From positions 6,200,001 to 6,264,000 of the forward strand of contig OZ059900.1 in assembly GCA_964057225.1 (NCBI GenBank): DNA of 64,000 nucleotides, read 5' to 3'. A program made the position numbers and the translations under genes. Below are positions 52,301-64,000 of the stretch, one piece after another (the stretch's first letter is position 1; each line of letters opens with the position of its first letter). The notes beneath the pieces are model-generated. The model searched no databases. It was not told where the DNA came from and saw only the letters and a list, made by a program, of their open reading frames with translations. This DNA comes from Auanema rhodensis (lineage: Eukaryota > Animalia > Nematoda).

Positions 52301-55300
52301 ATTTTGATAGACATGTGTTTCTAGATTAAAGTTGTTAATAATCAAAAAAGAAGTCATGTATGTCTACTGTTGATTGATAAAGAAAATTGTCGAAAAAACC
52401 ATCATATCAGATATACTTTGCTTTACGTCTTTGGAATTATTATTAAACTGATAATAACTGGATGTTGAAACTTTGAAACAGGAATTAGATCCAAATAATT
52501 CAGTTAACATGAATATATGAAGAACTTTTCTTATTCAATTTTAAATCAAAATTCACGATATAATTTTTTGATAAGCTATCTCTTCAAACTTTACTAGCCG
52601 CAGTAGCTACACTGTCAAAGCATTCGAATGAAAGTATAAAGAAAACGGTAATCTGTAGCACAATAGTTCAAACTGATGATTTTTTTTATTATGATGCAAT
52701 AGGAAATTTTTTTCATTATTGGAATACTTATTGAGAGATCAAAATATGTAGGTACATGATAATCTTTTTCATCTTTTTATGCTTTGAATAAATGAATGAA
52801 AAGAAAAATGAGAGAAGGGCATACGTAAGAGGATTATACATTCTATCTACCTTTTTCTATTCGTCATCTTCTGTCTATTTCGTTTGTTCAACATTTTTCA
52901 GATTGCAGAGTGAATAAAAAAAATTTTTCAAATGATTTCCAGTATGGAGAAGGAATTATTGCGATCTGTCGTATAATTTAGAAACTACTTTTCACAATGT
53001 GAGGATGGTTTTTATGATTGTGAATGATATCTAGAATGTCAAGTTGATAGATAATGAATTTGATTGACAGTAATTAGTCAGTAGATGTCAGATATGGCCA
53101 CCTGTTACAAAAAAAAATATATTATACGGATTGACAGAGAGACAAATGAATGAAAAGTCAAATTCATCATAACAAGTTGTATTGTAGAAGAAAAATAAAT
53201 ACGTTTCAGACATATAGAAGAGCTATATGTCACATTTGAAAATTAAATATCATTACAAAGATGTGTACTATTTTGTATAAAAAGGTTTAAAAAGGAGGAA
53301 GAAAAATTATGAATTTTTGAAACATTCGACGCAAACATGTAAAACTTGAGCGATGAACTTGCTGCGCTAAAGGTTAATCATGGCATTTTGATAACTTGAA
53401 CTGATAAGATGTTTTCAACATAATTATTGTGTTCTCACAAAGTTCAAGAAAAAAAGATAAAATATAATTTACAATCGGCAAATGAAAAAAAAAGGTTGTA
53501 ACTTTCATCTTATTATTAATTACGAAAAAAGTTTTGTTGTATAATTATTATGACAAAAGAAAAGAGCAACTGTAAACTTTTAATTCGTATTCAAAAGTAG
53601 TAATCAATATTGGGGGGAAGTTGGTAATGCAAACGAAACTTACTGATGAGTCCCGTTTAACTAACTCGGCTTTAATGAAAAGTTTTTTTTCAACACTAAA
53701 AAAGCTTTCCAGTTTCCTTCATATTTTCTTTTTCTCATTATAGAAGAAAGTTGATGAAGAATTCGAGGAGCAATGGAAAAAAATATACTTCAACAGGATG
53801 TATGCGGAAGCCTAAAAGGTGGATTTGATAGATGTATTGTAGCAGTTACTACATATGTTATTTCATTTAAACAACCGGAAAGGTCTTGAAAATCATTTTC
53901 AGAGATGAAAACAGTTATGGTTACATTTACAAATTTCTCGTTCAAAATAGATTCTCCTTACAGCTTATTAAAAAATAACATTTCTTTCGATGTGAATGAG
54001 TAACATTTCATGGAATTACGTATAACATTTGTTTTATCAGCAGGGGGTTTAGAATAACTGAAGCATACTTACAGATACAATATCGTACATAACTCTTCAT
54101 GAATAGCAATATCCAACAATTTGTTAATATTACTCTATCAAAAAGAAAAATCTGCTAATGATATGAAGGTATCTCTTAGAATAAGTATAGCAGTGTAATA
54201 ACCTGTTTATTAATATAATTACTAAAAAAAGATCATGTTGTATTTTAATCTTCAAAGGTTACGAATTATGAGACATTCCATTATTAAAAATGTCTAAAAA
54301 TAAATAATAAAAGATGTTTATGACCATGTGATGAGTTATGACATCACAAATGATTATTTTCAATTAATTTAATTGAAATTTTCTTTTTTTTCCTTTACAT
54401 CCGTCATTGTAAATTGAAAAAATAAAAATACTTTATAAATTGGTTATATATAGATTATAATCATTATATATATTCTTAAACATACATATTCTTCAATAAT
54501 TTAGAAATATAAATATAATATTTATAATTTTGCACATAGTTGTACATAGGAAAGTCTTTAAACATCAAACGGATAGACGTGGATAAAAGTGCGTTTAGTC
54601 AAAGGATTGGACTGAAAAATAGATGTTATCAATCACAAGACATTGCGAAAGCGTTGCACTATAACAACGAACAAAAACATCAAAACATACATGCAGCAGT
54701 TGAGTAGAAATGGTCGAGAGAGTGCACCACTCGCTTTTAACGAAACTGACAACAGTTCAAATATTTTGGCACATTTTGACATGTAATTAGTGAGTTAACA
54801 GATGCAATAGAAGGTTTGTGAAAGAATAAGGATTATGTGGTGATTAGTGATTTAACAAATCAAAAAAAATGAAATGTGTGTTCAAGAAATGAAAGTGAAG
54901 CATTTTCAAAATAGAATGAATAACGTTGAAAAAAGCATATATAAATTGGAATATTGATTGTGAACACTATATCAGATCAACATTAGAATATCTGAAAGCT
55001 TAAATGATATTTGATAATGCGATTCCTTCAGATATCTTTCTAAATATACTTTAATATACTAAAGGAGAAATATAATTTGTACATTAAGCAATACTAAACT
55101 GTAAGAACATGTAGTGGTCAAACGTAATGAAATATAAAAAGAAAGAATTCTTCATTGCCGCAGTAAATGAAATATGGATAGAAGGAAACTCGACCTAAAA
55201 GTAATTTATGTTAGAAATGCATCAATAGTGAATATCTATTCGATTAGTTGTGCAAGCGTACGTTAGTCTTCTAAACGACATTGACAGCAACATTTGAGGT

Positions 55301-58300
55301 AATTTTCTAACTTTAAACTATCGGGATCAGAGGGATTGGTGCAACAGCAATAACGTGAGCTTGCAAAAGTAGAACTATCAAAATTAGACTTCGGAGATTG
55401 CTTTCGAAGAAAACGGAGAAGAAAAAAGATATGTGCAAAGTTAATTGTCGTTGACACAATGAGAGAAAGAAGAAAAGCCACAGATGGAACAAGGTATTAG
55501 CTAGAGAGCGCAAGAGAAAAATAGATAGATGGCTGAGAGAGAATAAGGAAGATAGATAAATCTGCAGAATGGATATATTTCTCTTAAAAAATGTCAACGA
55601 AACTAAAGTCAGACAGAAACGAAGCCCGAAGCAAACAAAAAGTAATAACTAAGAAATTTTAGTTCCTGAGATAATTCAGAAACTCTGTAATGTTTAAGGT
55701 TAAAATTATCGTAAAACACGTTAGAAAAACACATTTTTATGTTAAAATGTCAAAAAAGGGTAGACTACTACACTAAATTTATCAATGAAAATAGTTGATA
55801 ACAAAAGTATTCGAACAGTTTTTCTAATTAAAAAGCTGAGAAACGACAGATAACTTCGATGAACTGTGTACAATATAAAAACTAGTGATAAATCTGAATG
55901 TGCGACGGTTAAATTTTCCAAAAAATAGAAACAGGACATGTTTTGCAATGAGGTTCCCTAACGTTCAAAGCTTTTTACTCTTATATAGAAGAAGAAAGTA
56001 GAATGAGAAAATATATAAGCTTTAACGGATAAATAAATCAAAAAAAAAGAAAATAAAAAACGAAAATGCAGCTTCGTGGCACCCGAATTAGCTGGATATC
56101 GATAAAGGAAAATAGCCATGAGTTGTTTACGTTGTCTTTTCAAAGCCCCCCCTTCGTTTTTCATCTATTTTCAGCTTTTCATCTTATTTTCTATATATCT
56201 TTCACAATTCTCTAGCATACTCGCTACTCTCCATTAATACTAGCCAACTCTTCAACTTTCTTTGTCCGGCAAGCCATTTGTGCATTTGTTTGTGCATGTG
56301 TCCAGTGCTGAACAGAATCTACGGTCTGAGAGCAAAATTTTATTTTTTTTTGTTGATTGCACTCACTTTCCATAGTCTTTTGAATATTGACTAAAGTTTA
56401 AAAACCATGGCATTTATCAAATAAATATCAATCTTTTCGTACATACAATAGCAAATATAAACTAAAAAAACTCGGTCATTTTAAAGAATCAGAAATAGAG
56501 TAAGAATAAGAAAAATGAAAAATCAATATGCATTATTAACATGTGTATTAGCTGAGAGCTAAACTTATAGAGATTGTATTAAGAAAAAAAATAAATAGAA
56601 AAACTATGACTGAAAATCGAATCATCGTTAACTAATGTTAGAAGTGGAAGGTGTTATATTCCTGAATGGTACACTTACTATGGTTTCATCTTATATATTA
56701 TATTATAATATATGCTTAAGACGAAACAATGAGCAGATGTCGCGTTAGCAACACATGTAAAGCGAAACATTTTTTTTCGTTTTCATAAAAAAATAATGAA
56801 TCATCATTGTATTAATTCGAAAATAATTTCAAAAGTAAGACATTCAAACTATGAGCAAGTGTGGCTGAAAAAATTGAAAGTATTACATATCAAATAAAAT
56901 TAAAAAATCAAACACGCTTTTCGAAACAGCATATGGAGAAATTGACTATTCTTTGCACAAAATAATGCTACAAGAGATAGTAAGTGGTGCAAAGAGAAGC
57001 AGACAGCCCAACAGAGAAGAGATGAGAACGAAGAGGGAGTATGCGATTGTTTATTCATTTGACCTATATTTGAGATCATGCCATATAACCAAGCCAATAT
57101 ATATTGATTTTCAAAATGGTTGTGGACAAAAGCTGCAAAGGAAAAATACTACTTGTTACCGAAAGAAGACATGCAAAAACTTTTAAACTGATTAACTATT
57201 TTTCTTTTTTCAATACAGGGTTGGAGGAGAGGCAAGTAGAAATTAGCAAGCATTAGAGTTTTGACAGCCGCACAATATGCATATGGAAAACTTATACAAC
57301 ACATTGACCGCTCACGACTACAAAGCAAAAATAATAAAAAATAAATTATTCATTCTGTAGTGCTCACAATGATATTGATTCAGCTAACAGAGCTTACCAT
57401 TCTTTTATTTAACATTAAAGTTTTTTTCCCTATTATATTTTGGCATCATTTTGTTTACTTTTCTGTTGTCCATTTAACAATTCTATTTCTCCTCTGAAAT
57501 ACCAACACGAAAGCTAACCTCCATAGCGAAACAGTTTGATCGATATAATAACATTAATCATTTAATTTGTGCTCACAATTAAGCAAGTAAATCTGCTCAA
57601 TGAGATTTGAACCATAGGCTCATAAATCTCACGACCATTTCTCAACGATATTACAAAGCATAAACACTATACTGATTCTAGAATTCGCCAAAAGCTTCCA
57701 CAGTGTTTCGTAACCTGATGTACTATATCGATCAACCAAGCATTTCAATTGACTTTGAAATACTTCTATAATCTTATAATCTCTTTTTTCAATTCTACAA
57801 CAACGAATATAAAATATCTTCTTTCAATATTTTTGCTCAATATTGATCTTCTCTGTTTACAGAAACTTTTTCTGCGTCCACTATTAAAAGTATTTAATGA
57901 CTTAACTATTCACTTTACTTATTTCCGATGCTTTACGAAATTCATTTTTCATATCATCTTTTTTCGTTGACTTTACTTTAATTGAAAGAGCAATAAATAC
58001 TTTTAAAACTAGAATCTATTAACATTTTACTCAAGTAACTGATCAAGCATCATATTATTGCACTTTCTTAAGAAATATCTAAATTATTAATATTTCTAAT
58101 AAGAAAATGAACATATATTAGAACGAAATGGTGAGAAAAAAAAGTAAATATCTGCTACACAAAAAAAATCAATAGTTTGTCGTTATATACAACAGTCTTT
58201 GAACAAAATTAAAAACTTTAAGCAATTCTTTAAAAAAAAATTTTTCGAAAATTCCCAATTATATCAGCTATTCGACTAGATTTTCTGTTTTCGTTGGCAA

Positions 58301-60751
58301 GAATATTAGTGCAGCACAGAAAAAGCGTACGCGAGCCAGTAAATACGTCAGTTCGAACCGGACGATTATTTTGTGCGCGTTAAGAGTTAACCCTAACAAA
58401 TACTAATTTGAAAAATGAAACATATCAAGACTTTGATATCATGATTTTTGAAGATATTTTCATAGTTATCTGTGTTGTTTATGTATTTAATTACTAAATA
58501 TTTAATGTTTCTTTTTGAAAAAGAAAGGATAAGTAAAGGTACATATTCGCTTTTAAATTCTGTGCTTTCTGAATAATAGTAATAGTTTCATCACTTTTTT
58601 ATTTAAATATTTAATTTTATTAAGATTTTGAACGATTAACATTTGTTTCTAGTTGAATATTTTTTTGCATTGAAACTTATTATTGTTTTTTTTCCTTCTT
58701 TTTTTTTGAAACTTTTAATCCCTCAGATTAGAAAAGTTGTTCTAATTTCAACATTTTGATTTGCTTAATCTTTTTCATTTACTGGTTTTTTTCTCATATC
58801 CCACAATTGATTATACTTGATCCAATCCCTTAGCATTTATTAGTTTCTTCATTTAGTTAGCCAGTTTTTACATCATATCATCTTAAGCGTTAATGTTCAT
58901 TATGCTGGCAATGAAAATTCATTTTATTGACCATTTATTGCTTGCAGTATTATTATACTTTACATTTATCGGCTGATAATATTATAATGAAAGCTTCTAA
59001 AGCATTATATTATTATTTGAGTTTCTCAATTTTTGAATATATATGTATGTAGCACATCATTTTTATTCCGTAAATGATCTCAAAAAGCGTTGTGAAAGTT
59101 GTTATTATTGTGAACTACTATGAGATTTATTCAACTCAAATTTTTCGCTCCCCTCCTTTTTTTCTAATATTTCTATCAATATCTTTTTTTCATACTCTTT
59201 AGTTATTTACTTATATCACATTGAGCTGTGTTAGAAATTGTTGAGACGTTTTTCCTGCATTAGTCAAGTAACTTGTGTCAACATGAAATTTCATGCATCC
59301 GATAAAAAGAATTTTAGCTTTTTCCTCTTAGTATTGCTCTCAGATATGAAATAAAAAAAATATGCTTAGATATCTTATTGATTCTGTCTTGATGTGTCGG
59401 TCTATTTGTCCAAATATTCTCAAATAGTTTTCTAAGTTGACCTATCAAATATTTGGTTTATGTCTCTTCTGCTTACTCACGTCTGACCAATATATCTTTT
59501 CTTATTTTTAAAAATTTTAAAGTTTATTTTCAATAGCAGAAGAAAATTTGAAAATTCTCACATGCGTTCCTTTTGAAACTGTTTAGTGTGAATCATTACA
59601 GCTATGATTTTTTTCTTTTTTTATCTTAAAAGTTCAATAAGTACTACAATTAGTCACTTCCGCAGCTATCACATGTGTTCTTGAAGTGAAACATTTTGAT
59701 ATTTTTCTTCAAATTTGAAAATAAAGTTTATTAAGCGCAACTATTAAAATCGATGGCAAACTATTATGTATACTATACTTATCTGGATAATGTTGTAAAT
59801 GTTTCAACTTGTTGCACTAATATTCTAGCGTTTTGATGACTGATTGTTTTAATTTTATTTGTCATAATATGGGATATAGATGTATGTATATCCTTGCAAT
59901 ACTATTTTTGCAGCTACACGATACGTGCATTACATCATCAGCATGTAATAGCTTTAGATGTTATCCATCAATGCGAGGTCATGTTTTAAAAAAATCAAAG
60001 ATAAGATAGTGCATGTTTCTAAACGCTTTCTGCGTTTCAGGAAAAAAGTTTGATAGAAACGGAAAAACTACTAAAATCGAATCGCTCCACGATGATCAAT
60101 AAAAAAGCAAATAAATATTTTCAATGTAATAAGTAATTCTATGGAACAAAGCTGTTTATATTGATACTTTTGGTTTTAGTTTTGCATGTATCAAAGCAGA
60201 TTCTGATCAGAAAAACGTTCTCTCTTTTGCATTTGTAATCAACACTAATATCATTTTCTTGATCAGGCCTATTTTTCTATTTCTCTCTTCCCCTTTTGCT
60301 CTGTTTCACAATTCCTTTTTTCTTTCTTTCAATCTCTGTCTCTCTCTACTTTTGAACTGTGCCTTTCTGTTATCACTTCATCTTCTCAAACATCTTTCTT
60401 TTTATTTCTCTTTTTTGACTCTCTATCGCTATAACCTCTCTGATACATCGAAACAATATACATTTCTCGACCATTTATATACAATACACTTCTTTGCCAA
60501 TCTATCTTAGTGGCAGTGTTCTGCTCCTCTTTTTTGGTTTCCTTGCCCATCCAATGCTTTTCTTATCAAGGACACTCTAAGACAATCTCTATCACTCTTG
60601 TGCAACAACCCCTATATTTTGGGTGCATAAGTATCGTTGTCTTGATTATAAGGAACAGACTAACGTACACTCTTTCCTTCTACTTTTATACTAAAATTAA
60701 TTACTGGTGTGTACGTGTATACAAGCAACGTATGACAAAGAGATATCAAAA

Positions 60752-63229
60752 ATGGTTCAGAGTAGAGGATTTTGTCACTCAATTCGAGGTTAGATCGCTT
60801 CATTTCTTTTTTCTTACTAGTTTTTTTTTCATTTTTTAATGGACTACAAAGTTTATTTTATATTCCTGTTTCCAATTTTACTAGCTTTCTGCATAAAAAT
60901 TTGAATCATATTCAAGTATGTCACTTTTCTTGACTTTAGCGCCAGAAGTTATGCTATTATTGCAATCCGCTGTTACAAATTTAACATGAATCACAGTTCT
61001 ATTTGATATTTTTTCTAGCTTGTTGTTAGCTATTTAGATATTGAACTGAATATTAAGAAATAAATGAGTCTATATATGCTGCGCGCATTCATACTTGATG
61101 CTGGGTTGTGTGCTATTATCGTTAAAATTGGCTTCATTAACTAAGCCTAACTATTACAATAATTCTCTAATAATGCCATAAGTTGTCCACATAGACACAA
61201 AGAGATTGCTTTTCTCGCTTTCTTATCCTGCACCGAACATCTAGGAAACAGCGCTTCGATTAAAGTAGCTATCATTTTAATTCCTATCGCATTTTCAACT
61301 GAACAGACTGCCTTACCTTCTACGTTACTGCATATCTAGTTATGGATGATCAGATTGAATCTTTTTTTTCCATTTTCTCCATGTTTGTATCGGATAACGA
61401 AGGACATAATGTAGTTCTACTTCTTATTCAATTTTTCATCCTAATGCGAGTTATTAAGTACTATCTTCAACTTCGTAACGTCTAAAACGTTAAACTACTA
61501 ATTCAACTAGAACCTTTATATTGTATACCCTTAAGTGATATATACAGCGCTCCTATCTCAACTAAGTATTGTATTCTTCCGTATTTCAGTCTTTTTTTCT
61601 GGCATGAAGCCATTATCGCAATCATGGTATTACTGGATAATGGTTGGATTATTTATAGCACAGGTTTGGTTTAGCTTGATAAGACATTTAAATATAATTT
61701 GGGTCATTACACTGTTCCTGTTTTTGAAGCTTGAAAAAGGTGTATCAATTGTGAGAATGTAAAAGTAACACTGATATTACTTTGAAATAATAGAAAGTTT
61801 GATTGAATACTTGAAATTATTATATTTCAGATCGTTTTATCAGTAAAATATCATGCACTGCTATGCAATATGCTAACAGCTAATACACTTCTTTTGCTCA
61901 TAATTTCTGTTCATCATGGATATCAGATAAACGAAGACGCAAAACAATTGTTTCATAGGTAAGTGTTACTTATAAATTCCAGTTTTTGAAAAGCCTTTTG
62001 TACTAAATTTTAACTTTATTTTATTGTAGAATTTGTGGTTGTGTCGCTTTCATAGCTGTACTATTTGTTAACTGTACACATGCCTTGGAGTCACTGAGCA
62101 ATGTTGGTGATGATGGTCATGGTCATTCTCATAGCGTTGAGCACGAAGAGCATGTTGATCATTATTCATTTATTCCAGGTTAATACTACTCATAGATATA
62201 CCATACTAATTTGATAAATAATGAAAACAAAACCGCATATTTTCAGATTATTATGCTTTTGTGGCTATTTTCGATGTTATACTGAAGTGCATGATTCTTG
62301 TGCTAGGATATATTCCTCATATGGGATTGAATCTCGTTTTTCGAATTCTTTTCCATACCATAACACCTTTGAGTGTAGTTAGTGAGTTTAACGTTTTCAA
62401 AGCGTTGTAAATTCAATTAAAATATCTAAGTTTATTATGTACTGGGGTTATCCATACCAACATCTATTGGAACATCTAAATTATGGCAATTAGCTGACCC
62501 AATCACAACCATAATTTTAACTGCTGTCCTGATTGGTCTCATTGTTCCTAGCTGTAAGTTCAAGTGTTTATAAGCAAAGCTTAATGACAATTTTTATAGT
62601 CAAGGAAGTACTTCCTTACTTACTGGTTCATGAGCCAACAGAATTTGAAGAAGATGATTTCCGTTACGCTGTTGGTCAGCGGGTAAATCAAAAAGAAAAC
62701 TATGATTGAAATTATTCTGATTTCAGTTTCCTAGTGTCACTATCTCTCATCTTCATGTTTATCGGCAATGGCCTGGAAAACAGTTTGAAGCTTTATTACA
62801 CATTGATATTGAGGTAAATATAATACTAACTTTAAAAAATATCGATTTATCCTTTTCAGCTTATCAAATCATCTAGTAACTGGTCAAACGATGCAGCTCA
62901 AAGTTTCCAAAGTGTTCAACAGTTTGTTGAAGAATATCTCAAACAAAAAGGAGCCAAAAAAGTACAATTTGCTTAACATTTTCTTGACAATGATTGATTT
63001 TGTTTAGATCGTTATACAGCCTCGCTTCTTGGGTGAATATGAAGATTCCAAGTGGCAGTGGTGCGACGATAATTGCCAGAAAAAAAATCGTGGTTGCTGC
63101 GATAAGCCCGCTGAAGAGGTAATTATTCTCGAAATAAAATAAAATAAAAACCAAAAAAAATAAAAAAAATAAAAACCAAAATATATTGTATCTATTTCTT
63201 AATTTTTAATTTTTTAGGCCGCTAGTTAG
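60752..63229 (+). CDS. Divergent cation diffusion facilitator (CDF/SLC30, ZnT-like; possibly SUR-7-like), 11 exons, 346 aa
   Basis: Exons 60752-60788, 61590-61663, 61831-61958, 62030-62178, 62247-62381, 62431-62553, 62600-62682, 62727-62813, 62860-62961, 63008-63118, 63218-63229 (1041 nt, GT-AG). Six hydrophobic segments, His-rich loop DDGHGHSHSVEHEEHVDH, TM6 WQLADP, C-terminal domain HLHVY...ALLHI, VIQP, and C-x3-C-x6-CC tail as in ZnT1-like CDFs. First exon less certain (alternative start ATG 61604). Confidence 0.85.
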
Positions 63230-64000
63230 ATGATTATTATTTTACAATGCTAGCTCTGGTATGATTCACTTATCCATATCTATGTTTTACAAATTCTTGC
63301 ATCTCAGCAACTAATCATTCAATCATATTATCACATGATCACCTACATCATAGAGACATTATTATCATTTGATTACAAATGCGGCAATTCTAATTTATTA
63401 TTGGTTACAATTTGTATTTTATTCATTTTGAGTGTACTTCTTTCAGTTGTCATAGTTTTCAAGTATACAGTATAATTCACATTCAAATATTGCTATTTTG
63501 CTACTTAGAAATATTATTCTGATAAGCTTTAGTTTATCATCCATCTCAGTTAACCCGTTCTGTTTTTAATCAAAATTTGAAATAAGCTTATATTTTCATG
63601 AATTCCACCTTCTTTAGTCATTTTTTCAAATATCACTAATTTGAGTGCATTAATTATAATTCTTAATATTTGGATTATTATGTTAGAAAATCAGTTTTAA
63701 TAGGATTTATTATTATTTTTCTTATAATTATACATCATATAACTAAAATATATAAAAAACCCATTATTATTCACTTTATCCAATAGAAGCAATAATTAAT
63801 TATTATTTCATTTTTTGTTGTACTATTTTTTATATTTACATATAGATTATGAGAAATTTCCTATTATTCTTATTGATCATGACTTTTAAAAAAGTTTTAA
63901 TTTTTCCAATAAAATAAATATGTGTTGTTTACATCTTCTTCTATTTTTTACAATAGCAAACTAAATATGAATAAGTACACACAAACAGATATGAACTCAC

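Noticed and set aside
53635-53682. CTGATGAGTCC, hammerhead ribozyme core look-alike
   Set aside because: No stem II closing into GAAA and no stems I or III.
55263-55481. ORF with two CCC triplets, metallothionein-like
   Set aside because: N-terminal part is CT-repeat translation, start is not ATG, and Cys spacing is not metallothionein-like.
58300-58372. Box B-like GTTCGAACC in a T-arm-like stem
   Set aside because: No acceptor, D or anticodon stems can be built; at most a tRNA/SINE remnant.
13779-60308. Scattered CTGTTTCA piRNA (Ruby) motifs near 13779, 14425, 24029, 52474 and 60301
   Set aside because: Only a handful in 64 kb, not cluster density.
1-64000. CRISPR arrays, telomeric TTAGGC arrays, SL1/5S genes, transposase or RT ORFs
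   Set aside because: None seen on reading; short degenerate elements could have been missed without tools.

Overview
Eukaryotic, very AT-rich nematode genomic DNA, not prokaryotic: introns are mostly 42-50 nt GT-AG with TTTCAG/TTTTAG/TTAAG acceptors, and there is a nematode cuticle collagen and an RNKFEFIRFamide precursor (rhabditid-like). Most ORF-track entries are chance ORFs; the real genes only appear after splicing by hand. Seven multi-exon genes were rebuilt with consistent intron phases: flp-12 (+, 26030-26538); a 778-aa orphan ending in what looks like a very divergent SMAD MH2 domain (-, 27592-30377); gpa-12 G-alpha 12/13 (+, 37895-39305); a neuregulin/IGEG-like Ig-EGF-TM protein invisible to the ORF track and needing a GC-AG intron (-, 39903-41174); a cuticle collagen with an apparent GT-TG (AG-less) intron and long C-tail (-, 41972-43630); cytosolic purine 5'-nucleotidase cN-II (-, 44753-48440, probable extra first exon 49274-49313); and a divergent CDF/SLC30 transporter with degenerate metal sites (+, 60752-63229). 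About 1-26 kb, 30.5-37.8 kb and 49.4-60.7 kb hold no confidently recognisable coding gene, only GA/CT tracts, microsatellites, hairpins, a possible MITE relic and orphan exon-like pieces. No rRNA, intact tRNA, CRISPR or transposase seen. Family calls rest on motif recognition, not database searches.
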